From: Candidatus Saccharimonadota bacterium
GTDB lineage: Bacteria > Patescibacteriota > Microgenomatia > UBA1406 > GWC2-37-13
Assembly (NCBI GenBank): GCA_016699265.1
Contig: CP064967.1
Span: forward strand, 450,001-482,000
Direction: 5' to 3'
DNA: 32,000 nt
Position 1 is the first letter of the stretch, and each line of letters starts with the position of its first letter. Positions 1 to 8,888 of the stretch are shown piece by piece. Under the pieces are notes generated by a model, which was given only the letters and a program-made list of their open reading frames with translations, had not been told where the DNA came from and did no database searches. The translations under genes were made by a program, and so were the position numbers.

Positions 1-245
1 TCAAGTCCAGATTCTTTGTCATGACGCGAACGCTTTGCTTTATAAGTTTCTACACCAATAATCGGTTTAATTCCTGCGTCTTTCGCTTTGATATAAAACT
101 GAAAAGCTCCATACAGCGCGCCATGATCAGTAATTGCTACTGCGGGCATATTATGCAGTTTGGCCTTAGCGATAATCTCGTCCATTCTGGCCATTCCATC
201 AAGTAGTGAGTATTCTGTGTGACAGTGAAGATGGACAAAAGACAT
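1..245 (-). CDS. dnaE: DNA polymerase III alpha subunit, N-terminal PHP domain (partial, continues left of window)
   Basis: Reverse translation from ATG at 243-245 gives MSFVHLHCHTEYSLLDGMARMDEIIAKAKLHNMPAVAITDHGALYGAFQFYIKAKDAGIKPIIGVE, the classic DnaE PHP N-terminus. It is not in the ORF track because it runs off the window. Confidence 0.85.
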   Translation of the reverse strand, partial: MSFVHLHCHTEYSLLDGMARMDEIIAKAKLHNMPAVAITDHGALYGAFQFYIKAKDAGIKPIIGVETYKAKRSRHDKESGL

Positions 246-256
246 ATGTAATTACC

Positions 257-350
257 CTAATTAATCTAATTTCTAATTAACCTAAAGAATTGGGTTATTG
301 TAGATTGTTTTATTGATTAGAGCAATTAGAATAATTAGGAATTAGAAATT
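257..350. repeat. Phased CTAA/TTAG short tandem repeats in the gatB-dnaE spacer
   Basis: CTAATTAAT(257-265) CTAATTT(266-272) CTAATTAAC(273-281) CTAAAGAAT(282-290). ATTAG then recurs at 316, 325, 334 and 341 (spacing 9, 9, 7). The last units overlap the gatB stop codon. Confidence 0.6.
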
Positions 351-1648
351 GCCTCTACTAGTTTATCTTTAATTAGGTTCGCCTCTGCTTGACCCTTCAT
401 CTCCCTCATGACTTGCCCAACTAAAAACATAAGAGATGAAAGTTTCCCCGCCTTATAGTTGGTCACTACGTCACTATTTTCTGCGATCACCTTCTTAATT
501 GCCAGCATTAGAGTAGGCATATCGGTTTTCTTCGTACTTAATAGTTTCGTCGCCTGTGAGATAAACTCTTCGATCGAGACGTTAGTTGCCAGTTTGCTAT
601 TAATTACTAAGTTGGCAATTTTCTGAGGTTCAAGGTCGCTTAACTCAACGACTTTTTCAAAGTACTTAACTAACTCGAAGTCTTTCGTTAAGATCCTAGC
701 ATCTATTTCCTTAATTTTTAGTTCCTTAACATAACGATCTATTTTTGCGGTTGGCAACTCCGGTAATGCAATAGAGTCAATGAACTTCTGCTCAAAAACA
801 AATGGAGGAATGTCCGGTTCTGGAAAATATCGATAGTCATGAGCCTCCTCTTTCGATCTTTGACTCACGGTTTTCATTGTCTTTTCGTCATAACCTCTAG
901 TTTCCTGCTCAGGCGTTTTGCTTTGATCCAAAATTTCAGCCTGCCGAGTCAATTCATAGTCAATAGCCTTTTTGACAAAGTTGAAAGAATTAATATTCTT
1001 AACCTCAACTTTATAGTTTGGTAGTTCTCTAACATCCGACTTCTGATCACCGACAACTCGCAGCGATATATTTGGTTCCATCCTCATTGAACCTTTCTCC
1101 ATATCCGCATCGGAAACCTCAAGATAACGGATTATCGTATGAAGCTCCTGTAAAAATTCTTTAACCTCATCCGAGTTGGTAAAGTCTGGTTCGGTCACAA
1201 TCTCGACAAGTGGCACACCTGATCGGTTGAAATCAACTAGCGAGTCCTCTCCGACATGGAGTAACTTTCCGGTATCCTCTTCCATGTGAACTCTGGTAAT
1301 ACCAAATGTTTTTTCGCCGACTTTCAAAGAGCCATTTATAGCTACTGGTTCGTCATACTGACTTATTTGATAGCCTTTTGGAAGATCTGGATATGAGTAG
1401 TGCTTCCGATCAAACTTGGTACTCACATTAATCGTGCAGTTTAGCGCTTTACCGATTTTAATGCACCAGTCGAGGGCAACTCTGTTTGGTGCGGGAAGAG
1501 CGCCTGGAAGACCTAGGCACACAGGGCAGGTGTTACTGTTCGGCTCTTTTCCAAAGTACTCCGCAGAGCACTGACAGAACATTTTGGACTTTGTACTCAG
1601 TTCGACATGTATTTCCAGGCCGATGACCGGTGAGTATGATTGCGTCAT
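335..1648 (-). CDS. gatB: Asp-tRNA(Asn)/Glu-tRNA(Gln) amidotransferase subunit B
   Basis: 437 aa ORF. N-terminus YSPVIGLEIHVELSTKSKMFC...CPVCLGLPGALP and overall layout are typical GatB. It lies downstream of gatC and gatA on the same strand. Confidence 0.95.
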   Translation of the reverse strand: MTQSYSPVIGLEIHVELSTKSKMFCQCSAEYFGKEPNSNTCPVCLGLPGALPAPNRVALDWCIKIGKALNCTINVSTKFDRKHYSYPDLPKGYQISQYDEPVAINGSLKVGEKTFGITRVHMEEDTGKLLHVGEDSLVDFNRSGVPLVEIVTEPDFTNSDEVKEFLQELHTIIRYLEVSDADMEKGSMRMEPNISLRVVGDQKSDVRELPNYKVEVKNINSFNFVKKAIDYELTRQAEILDQSKTPEQETRGYDEKTMKTVSQRSKEEAHDYRYFPEPDIPPFVFEQKFIDSIALPELPTAKIDRYVKELKIKEIDARILTKDFELVKYFEKVVELSDLEPQKIANLVINSKLATNVSIEEFISQATKLLSTKKTDMPTLMLAIKKVIAENSDVVTNYKAGKLSSLMFLVGQVMREMKGQAEANLIKDKLVEAISNS

Positions 1649-1697
1649 AATTAATTTATATTTTTTAGTTATTTATTTTTATTCAATTTGTAATTGA

Positions 1698-1732
1698 TTA
1701 AGAACTTGAAACTAAGAACTAAGAATTACTCA
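1698..1732. repeat. Heptad repeat TTAAGAA CTTGAAA CTAAGAA CTAAGAA TTACTCA
   Basis: Read directly. CTAAGAA is the reverse complement of the TTCTTAG register of the 9536-9570 repeat. It sits between the gatA stop and the gatB start. Confidence 0.55.
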
Positions 1733-3107
1733 TACCTTTTCAGTAATGCTTCTCGAACGCCCATAAAGTTTGTTTCCTGTTCTAGTTGGTATGCAATAGA
1801 TAATATCTTTTCCTCTTGTAATCTACCTGCCATAAATTGGAGTCCGATAGGGAGATTTTGGGAATCAAGGCCCATTGGGACATTAATTGCTGGGATTCCT
1901 GCTGCAGCGGCCGGTTCATTCAAAACATCCATTACCTCTCCAAAGAACGGGTACTTCTCGAACTCACCTTTTTGATGGCGGTAAGGGGAGTTGTCGGAGC
2001 TATTATCAGGTCAACTGTTTGGAAAGCAGACTCAAAGTCTTGAATTATAAGTTGTCTCACCTTCTCAGCCTTTTTATAAAATGCGTCGTAGTAACCATGG
2101 GAAAGACTGTAAGTTCCCAACATTATTCTTCTTTTTGCTTCCTCTCCAAAAAATGTTCTGTCTTTTCCATAACGAACTCCGTCGTATCTATTAAGATTGG
2201 ATGAAACTTCGGATCTTTGCAGGATTGTATAAACGGATATTGAGTACTTGGGAGATATTAAGGTTACGGGAATAATCTCATGCCCTAATTTTTTAAGTAT
2301 CTCGACTGTTTCATCAAACCGTTTCTGAATATCGGGATCAATATTTTCTAAATAGTCTTTACAAACGCCAATTCTCATTTTTTTCGTTTTTCGTATTTCG
2401 TATTTCGAATTTCCTGCGGGCAGAGTAGTGGCATCGTATGGATCTTCGCCCTGAATTATTTCCAATAAATAAGCGGCATCTTCAACGGTTCTAGTTATTG
2501 GCCCGGGGCAGTCCCATGATGAGCCCATGGCAATAACTCCGTAACGCGAGACTCGTCCATAGGTAGGTTTTAAGCCGACTAATCCGCACCAAGCAGCTGG
2601 TTGTCGTATAGACCCTGCGGTCTCCGAACCAATCGCTGCGGGTACTAAATATGCCGCTGTTGCAGCAGCTGATCCACCCGAAGAACCTCCGGCGGCACGT
2701 GATACATCCCATGGGTTATTCGTTGGACCATAGTCTGAAGTTTCGGTTGATGAACCGTGTGCCCAGGCATCCATATTAGTCTTGCCAAAAACCGCAAACT
2801 GCATTCCTAGTAATTTTTCGACAACGGTAGCGTTGTACGGCGGGATGTAGGTATCAAGAACCTTTGAAGAAGCGGTCGTTCGAATCCCTTTAGTGTTGAA
2901 GTTGTCCTTAAAGGCTATGGGGAAACCTTCAGCTCCGTTCTGGGCAAGTCCGGTTCCCTCTTTGGATGGGGGAGTCACGAAGCAGTTAAGAGCTTTGTCA
3001 TACTTCTCCACTCTGTCTGAGAAGAACTTCCATAGCTCAGCATGAGAAATCTGTTTTTTTTCGACCATCCCTTTTAACTCCAAAAGTGACTTACCGATTA
3101 AGTTCAT
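1726..3107 (-). CDS. gatA: Glutamyl-tRNA(Gln) amidotransferase subunit A, interrupted by a 1-nt frameshift
   Basis: The 391 aa ORF (1932-3107) carries the amidase signature GGSSGGSAAA. The 68 aa ORF (1726-1932) is the GatA C-terminus (AGIPAINVPMG...LPIGLQFMAG). The frames join if one A is added to the coding-strand A5 run (plus-strand T5 at 1969-1973), giving ...TAIKKGEFEKYPFFGEVMDVLNEP... Confidence 0.9.
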
Positions 3108-3406
3108 TATTTAAATACTTTAGGCACAACAAATAACCCGTTCTTCTTGCAGTTTGAGTTTGCAGTAGCTTGTTCTTGAGTGAAGAGGCGTTTGTTTTCG
3201 GTTCCATCCTCAAAGAACTTGTTTTCTTGTCCTGTTACATTCGTGATGTTGCTAACTTGGGACGTATCAAGGTCGTTGAGATTTTCTACGTACTTGATCG
3301 TTTCCTCAAACTGCGATCCTATCTTTGTCATCTCAGCTTCAGAGAGTGTGAGATTAGATAGTTTTGCAAGTTTGTCGATTTCTTCCCTTGTGAGAGTTTT
3401 TTTCAT
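3107..3406 (-). CDS. gatC: Asp/Glu-tRNA amidotransferase subunit C
   Basis: 99 aa, LTREEIDKLAKLSNLTLSEAE...ETIKYVENLNDLDT, typical GatC. Its stop overlaps the gatA start. Confidence 0.85.
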   Translation of the reverse strand: MKKTLTREEIDKLAKLSNLTLSEAEMTKIGSQFEETIKYVENLNDLDTSQVSNITNVTGQENKFFEDGTENKRLFTQEQATANSNCKKNGLFVVPKVFK

Positions 3407-3464
3407 ACCAACTCATTATATACGAAGCTTGGAGATCGATCTTAGCAATTTACCTTAAGAAATT

Positions 3465-3818
3465 TTAATCATCACGGGAGAACAGGTGGAACACTCCAGG
3501 TAATCGCGTTTTTCCTATTAGTCGCTTAGTTTTTTCTTCTATTCGTAAACTATGACTCGAATTAGAGAAGTTATTAGCATATGATACGTCTACTACTTCT
3601 GTTTTTAATCCATTAAAGCGTGTGAGAGGGCGAGCTTGTAACTCGAAGTGAACGGAACCCGTATAGAAAGTTTTGGAATGACCTACCTCAACGTAGCGCG
3701 GTTTTCTCAGTGGGAGGCTGTGGTTTATCGTTCCAAGTCTAAGTGATTCTCTACCTCTCATGAAATTATTTCTTTCCGTTCCATCTGTAAATAACTTGAT
3801 GGCCTGGTGTCGCAGCAA
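3465..3818 (-). CDS. Hypothetical protein, possibly the C-terminal part of the 3766-4098 ORF
   Basis: 117 aa ORF with a TTG start. It overlaps the upstream ORF by 53 nt in another frame. No recognisable motif. Confidence 0.4.
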   Translation of the reverse strand: MLRHQAIKLFTDGTERNNFMRGRESLRLGTINHSLPLRKPRYVEVGHSKTFYTGSVHFELQARPLTRFNGLKTEVVDVSYANNFSNSSHSLRIEEKTKRLIGKTRLPGVFHLFSRDD

Positions 3819-4098
3819 ATACTCTTACCTTTTCTGACGATCCCTTTGGAAGGATGTGTTTGGAAGGAGTTTCACTGAATGTTGTCCATGAATCAGCAAT
3901 TTGGGTTGTTGTATCTACCGCTAATTGCGAACCATCTTCTGCCAAATTTGTCACAACCTTTACTCCTAATATTCGTTGTTGTCGAATTCCAAAAAAATGC
4001 TCAGCACCAGTAAAACGTTCTTCTCTTATTCCTTCAGGAACATTCGTCCATTTTGAAAAAGGTACGCCTAGAAATGTCTCTCTTCTTTCAAATGTCAT
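3766..4098 (-). CDS. Hypothetical small protein, M-T-F-E-R-R family
   Basis: 110 aa. N-terminus MTFERRETF...KWTNVP...HFFG...VDTTTQ resembles the 28277-28687 ORF (MTIERRRQI...DWTVP...SFFG...VGTTTH). It has its own TATAAT 6 nt upstream of the ATG. Confidence 0.55.
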   Translation of the reverse strand: MTFERRETFLGVPFSKWTNVPEGIREERFTGAEHFFGIRQQRILGVKVVTNLAEDGSQLAVDTTTQIADSWTTFSETPSKHILPKGSSEKVRVFAATPGHQVIYRWNGKK

Positions 4099-4104
4099 GA
4101 GAGT

Positions 4105-4132
4105 ATTATAGTCTTTGTAGTCGATAAATCAA
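4105..4132 (-). promoter_or_regulatory. Sigma70-like promoter TTGATT-16 nt-TATAAT, -10 ends 6 nt before ATG 4098
   Basis: Minus-strand TATAAT is plus-strand attata at 4105-4110. Minus-strand TTGATT is plus-strand aatcaa at 4127-4132. Confidence 0.5.
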
Positions 4133-4162
4133 GAGTATGGGCCTTTGCACTGCGTAATTAGA

Positions 4163-4504
4163 CTACTTAGTTTCTTCATTTTTTTTTAATACGCTTGTGA
4201 AGACTCTTGTAAGTCCCGGTAGAAGAGTAGGCACCTTTACCTTTTCTTTTTTCATATCGCCCAGCGCAAAAGTGGCTACCTCTTTTGGTCTATGGGAAAA
4301 GTTTCCATGGTACGATCTTACTATTGTTAAAGTTGGGTGACCATCACAACTAGTAGGCGTTTTGTCAAAACGTGCCTCGACAAAACTATTGTTCGCGCTT
4401 CCACTCCTGAGTCTAGTGACATCTCCATCGCCAATTACAGTTGATCTTCTAACTGGTACGCCAAAAAACCTTGTGGCAACTTTAGCTCCGATAACTTCCT
4501 TCAT
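4163..4504 (-). CDS. Hypothetical small protein (FFG motif)
   Basis: 113 aa ORF. It has TAAAAT (4511-4516) 6 nt upstream of the ATG. The RFFGVPVRRSTVIG segment weakly resembles HFFGIRQQRILG of the next ORF. Confidence 0.5.
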   Translation of the reverse strand: MKEVIGAKVATRFFGVPVRRSTVIGDGDVTRLRSGSANNSFVEARFDKTPTSCDGHPTLTIVRSYHGNFSHRPKEVATFALGDMKKEKVKVPTLLPGLTRVFTSVLKKNEETK

Positions 4505-4548
4505 CTGATAATTTTAACATGAGCTAACTATTTACATTGTCACAATGG

Positions 4549-7136
4549 TTATTGAGTTTGTTCTGATCCTTGACCCATCGGATTATCTTTGAAAATCTGA
4601 GCAATCGTCTCATCAGGAATATCGGTTGAGTTCCCAAGAATATTTTGTCCTATGTCGTTTGCATCGATAACTATTACGCCACCATTAAAAAGTTTCTCTG
4701 CAGATAGTGCAAGATTGTCATGAAGATACTCGGCAATAACTTCGGTAACTTTTTGGGATTTTCTGGACCCAATTTAGCTGAAACGTTTGATGGATAGAGC
4801 GAGTACTCAGTAGGACCGTCTATCGATCTCGCTGATTCACCAGCTACTTTGTAGAAAATACCTTTTAATCCGAACGGCTTAGTAATTGCTGAGAGAAGTG
4901 AGGCTATAAATATCTTCGGCAGGCCAACCTCTTGAATAGCTAATTGCATAGTCCAAGGACTTCCTAGACCAATGCCATATGGGGTACGGGTTACATATTT
5001 TGACAGTAGCTTTGCCCATAGTCCAGTCTTGATGTCCCAGATAAAATAGGAGCGCCCCTGTGAAATTGCTATAATTTTTTCAGAAACAACCACGAACCAC
5101 TTTGACCTTGTACCGTAGATCTTAGAACTTAGAACATAGTCTGATATCTTCCGCACATAGTCGTCGCCCTTCTGAAATACCTCAGTCTTAATTAAATTTC
5201 TGGCATACGTCTTTTCGCCCACCTTTATTTCAGCTGGCTTTTCTAATGTCGTTGACTTTATGGACTTTATAGACTGCATGGACTGGTCAAGATTGGGAAA
5301 AAACTCCCTCAGCCACAACTCCACATTGAGAACTCTCCAGAACAGGAGCGTGTCCGTGGTTTTCCCTTCTATAAACTTTTGAAATCCCTTCAGCACCTGA
5401 GCTTGGTTGAAATATGTTCTGGTTGCAAAAGACGGAGACAGGAAAACAGAGTATATTTTATTCTTCATTCTCATGAACCACTCTTCCTCTGGGGTCGTGA
5501 AGCCAATTTTATTTCTTCGTTTGTGTATAAGAGGAGGCAGCAAATCCTTAACGCTGTCTCTTAGTATCTTCTTGTTCCAACCTGACTTTATGATAGCCTC
5601 ATCGGGTAAACTAAAAATTAACTTAATAAGATTAATATCTAGAAAAGGTACTCGTCCTTCGATGGAAAACCTCATACTATTTTTGTCCTCATAACGGAGG
5701 AGTGATGGCAGACTGTTGTAAAATACGTCTTGGATAAGACGAAATTTCAAGTTATCTTTCACGACACGGAAACCATTCCCCGAGTATTTGTTAAAGAACT
5801 TCTTATTAAAGATTGAGTCTGGCCTAAATCTTCCAAATGGAAGTTTAAGCTTTAACAAAGAGAACTTTAAGACTACATCCAAAGAACTGAACATCTCCTT
5901 AAAAAGCGTCCAATTCTTCTTTTCCTTACGTAGTTGTTTTAAGAAAATAAAATAATAAGGTAAGTAACCTGCCATCATCTCATCAGCTCCTTGGCCGTCC
6001 AATAATACCTTCACATGCTTACTCGCCTCTCTCATCACAGCAAACTGAGCATATGGACCGGTGCTAATTGTCGGCTCTTCTTGGGTACGTATAAAATCTT
6101 CAATCTCTGAAAAAAAATCCTCAGGTAAGGGATGAACTTTAAAACTTTTTATTTGCCCACCTGCCTCTTTTAAAATATTGATAAGTTCGTCGATGTAATG
6201 TTCTTCGTCATTTGCTGACTTTGGGAAGACCGCAGAAAAGGTGTTCTGTACGGCGCCAACTGACTTTGCTTCATCGGTTCTATTTTTTTGGAGTTTATTC
6301 ACAACACTCACAACCGTTGATGAGTCGAGGCCTCCCGATAAACAGGTTCCGACAGGTACATCTGAAATAAGTCTTAATTTAATAGCCTCCTCAAGCGCTA
6401 ATTTAAATTCCCCCACCTGTTCTTTCTTTAGGTTGGATACATTTGACTTTAGACTTAATTCCTTAAGATCTTCTTCGAGATTTGAAAAATATCCATTTTT
6501 AAGATTTGTTCCTCTTAGACTGAGGTACTGACCCGGCATCAGACGGTAAATATTCTCAAAGAAAGTCTCAGGAGTGTCATCATGTACGCGATACTTTAAA
6601 TATCGATAAATCACCTTATCGTTCGGTCTTGTTTTTACAAGTCTAGAGTTAAGAAGAGGCTTAATCTCGGAAGCAAAGATTAAACTTTTATTGGGTAAAA
6701 TTGAGAAGTAAAGAGGTTTGATGCCAAAGTGATCTCGAGCTAGAATAAGCCTCTCTTTCTCTTTATCGAATAAAGCAACGGCAAACATTCCATTAAATCT
6801 ATCAAAACAGCTATCTCCCCACTCTTCATAGGCGTGAACAATTACCTCGGAATCTGATAGTGTTTTGAAGCGATGTCCGTTGCCCTCGAGCTCCTTTCTT
6901 AGTTGTTTATAGTTGTATATTTCTCCGTTATAAACAGTTACGATATTCTTATCTTCATTATAAATAGGCTGGTCGCCGGTCTTTAGGTCGATAATTGCAA
7001 GTCTTCTATTTAATAGAGATACTTTTTCATTTGAAAAGATCCCTTCACCGTCCGGACCTCGATGTGAAAGATCTTTAGAAAATTGCTTAATAAGTTTTTT
7101 GTTTTCAAAACCGTAGAAACCTGCTATGCCACACAT
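4549..7136 (-). CDS. Asparagine synthetase (glutamine-hydrolysing) fused to a C-terminal CofE-like (F420-0:gamma-glutamyl ligase family) domain, with a 1-nt frameshift near the 3' end
   Basis: N-terminal MCGIAG nucleophile, DSEVIVH, and PP-loop SGGLDSS. From about residue 640, VVVSEKIIAISQGR... is CofE-like. The ORF-track frame ends at 4674. After the coding-strand A5 run (plus-strand T5 at 4750-4754) the -1 frame reads VTEVIAEYLHDNLALSAEKLFNGGVIVIDANDIGQNILG...DNPMGQGSEQTQ* and stops at 4549-4551. Confidence 0.85.
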
Positions 7137-7215
7137 ATTAGATTTAGAACTTACAACTTAGAACTTTTACCATGTAGCTACTATTGTACTCAAGCTCTAC
7201 GCTCTATGCTACAAG
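7137..7215. repeat. Heptad-phased repeats: ATTAGAT TTAGAAC TTACAAC TTAGAAC ... CTCTACG CTCTATG CTACAAG
   Basis: Read directly in the htpX-asnB spacer. TTAGAAC occurs at 7144-7150 and 7158-7164. The CTCTAYG pair is at 7195-7208. Confidence 0.5.
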
Positions 7216-7226
7216 TTTTATGCAGG

Positions 7227-8123
7227 TCACATCTCTCGAAGTATTCTTACTCGATCCTCAACTGGAGGATGAGTACTAAAAAGTGAGGCAAATTTGGAAA
7301 CTCCACCCTTCTTCTTGAAGGGATTAGTAATGAAAAGATGGGCGTTGGCACCAGAAGCTGTTTTTAATGGTATCGGACTACTACTAATCTTTATGAGGGC
7401 ATTGGCAAGAGCATCTGGATTACGAGTGATCAGAGCGCCGGTTGCGTCTGCAAGGTACTCTCTTTTTCGAGATACAGCTAGTTGAATTAAAGTGGCAACG
7501 ATCGGTGCAACAATTATGGTAAGCAGAAACATCGCTAACTGTACCGGACCAAGTGATCTGTCATTGTCATCGCTTCTAATTCCAAACCAAAAGAAACTTC
7601 TCTGCAACCAGTCGGTAACCAATACTAAGGTCCCAACAAGAACTGAAACAATCGATGAAAAAAGAATGTCGTAGTTCTTTACGTGACCGAGTTCGTGCGC
7701 AATAACAGCCTCAAGTTCGGATCGACTCAAGACCTTCAAGATTCCAGTTGTTGCTGCGACTACTGCATGCTTGGGATCTCGGCCTGTAGCAAATGCGTTC
7801 ATGGCTTCGGACTGGATTACGTACAGTCTCGGTGTAGGAAGACCGGCAGCTATCGAAACATTTTCTGCGACGGTGTACAGATCGAAATAATCCTTTTTTA
7901 AAGCTGGTTTTGCACCAGTTGTCATTAAGACGAGTTTATCTGAATAGAAGTAGCTTCCAAATCCGGAGAAGACTGAAAACAGTAAACCAAAAACCAAATA
8001 TTGGTTTGAGCTTCCCATAGATTTTCCGAGAATATAGAAAACAAAGACAAAGAAAACCATAAAAAAAGCAACAAGAACGAAGCTCTTTACTTTATTGTTA
8101 AGAATCTGAGAATAAATAGTCAT
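7227..8123 (-). CDS. htpX: Zinc metalloprotease HtpX (M48 family)
   Basis: 298 aa with N-terminal TM helices, an HELGHVKNYD zinc motif and a C-terminal FSTHPPVEDRV. Confidence 0.9.
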   Translation of the reverse strand: MTIYSQILNNKVKSFVLVAFFMVFFVFVFYILGKSMGSSNQYLVFGLLFSVFSGFGSYFYSDKLVLMTTGAKPALKKDYFDLYTVAENVSIAAGLPTPRLYVIQSEAMNAFATGRDPKHAVVAATTGILKVLSRSELEAVIAHELGHVKNYDILFSSIVSVLVGTLVLVTDWLQRSFFWFGIRSDDNDRSLGPVQLAMFLLTIIVAPIVATLIQLAVSRKREYLADATGALITRNPDALANALIKISSSPIPLKTASGANAHLFITNPFKKKGGVSKFASLFSTHPPVEDRVRILREM

Positions 8124-8137
8124 ACAAGTAAAACGTA

Positions 8138-8182
8138 CTAATTAATCTAAGTACTCTAATTAATCTAATTATTCTCAGTTAA
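8138..8182. repeat. 9-mer tandem repeat CTAATTAAT CTAAGTACT CTAATTAAT CTAATTATT CTCAGTTAA
   Basis: Read directly, immediately upstream of htpX on the minus strand. CTAATTAAT also occurs at 257-265, upstream of dnaE. Confidence 0.65.
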
Positions 8183-8236
8183 TACCCATACTCAAATACC
8201 ACACAATACATGTCATATTGTGGTTTGTTTAGAGCA

Positions 8237-8264
8237 CTTAGAAATTAGCAATTAGAAATTAGGC
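8237..8264. repeat. Heptad repeat CTTAGAA ATTAGCA ATTAGAA ATTAGGC
   Basis: Read directly. It overlaps the lemA stop codon (8259-8261). Confidence 0.65.
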
Positions 8265-8813
8265 AAAGTTAACCTTCACGCTCTTTCTTTCCTCGGCCGT
8301 AGCCTGAAAAAACTCAACCTCCTTAAAACTAAAGATGTTAGCAATTACATTCGTTGGGAACGTCTTAACCTTCGTGTTTAGATCAAGTGCGTTGCTGTTA
8401 TAAAACTGTCGTGAGTATGCTACCTTGTCTTCAGTGTCTTCGAGCTGTCTCTGGAGATCCTTAAAGTTCTCACTTGCTTGTAATTGTGGATAAGCTTCTG
8501 CTACCGCAAATACCGATTTCAGAGCAGAGGTAAGCATGTTGTCTGCCTGAGCTTTATCTGCAAGGCTGTCAGCTTTGACTAAAGCAGATCGGGCCTTCGT
8601 TACATTCTCAAATACGGATTTTTCATGTTTGGCATATCCTTTGACTGTTTCAACAAGATTTGGAATGAGGTCTGCTCTTCTTTTAAGTTGAACATCTATT
8701 CCCGATAGTGCTTCCTTGAGTCGCGCAACTAAAACTACAAAAGAGTTATAGCTCCCAATTACGTAAACTGCGAGTAAAACAATAGCTCCTACTATTATGT
8801 ACGTTGTATTCAT
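8259..8813 (-). CDS. lemA: LemA family membrane protein
   Basis: 184 aa with one N-terminal TM. YNSFVVL...[26 protein letters not shown]...[11 protein letters not shown] is the LemA signature. AGGTGA lies 6 nt upstream of the ATG. Confidence 0.9.
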   Translation of the reverse strand: MNTTYIIVGAIVLLAVYVIGSYNSFVVLVARLKEALSGIDVQLKRRADLIPNLVETVKGYAKHEKSVFENVTKARSALVKADSLADKAQADNMLTSALKSVFAVAEAYPQLQASENFKDLQRQLEDTEDKVAYSRQFYNSNALDLNTKVKTFPTNVIANIFSFKEVEFFQATAEERKSVKVNFA

Positions 8814-8852
8814 GTGTTATCACCTGCCTTCATAGAATCATTATAGATTCTC

Positions 8853-8880
8853 TTGACAGGATTTGCAAATATGCTATAGT
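8853..8880 (+). promoter_or_regulatory. Sigma70-like promoter TTGACA-16 nt-TATAGT, 8 nt before ATG 8889
   Basis: TTGACA at 8853-8858 and TATAGT at 8875-8880. Confidence 0.6.
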
Positions 8881-8888
8881 TTGCCGAT

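Noticed and set aside
8202-8222. Hairpin CACAATA-7 nt-TATTGTG as the lemA terminator
   Set aside because: It is a 7-bp AT-rich stem with only a short T-run after it on the minus strand. It is plausible but not supportable from sequence alone.
8229-8243. CIRCE-like heat-shock operator upstream of htpX (TTAGAGCACTTAG versus TTAGCACTC-N9-GAGTGCTAA)
   Set aside because: There is only a loose resemblance to one half-site. No inverted partner occurs at 9-nt spacing.
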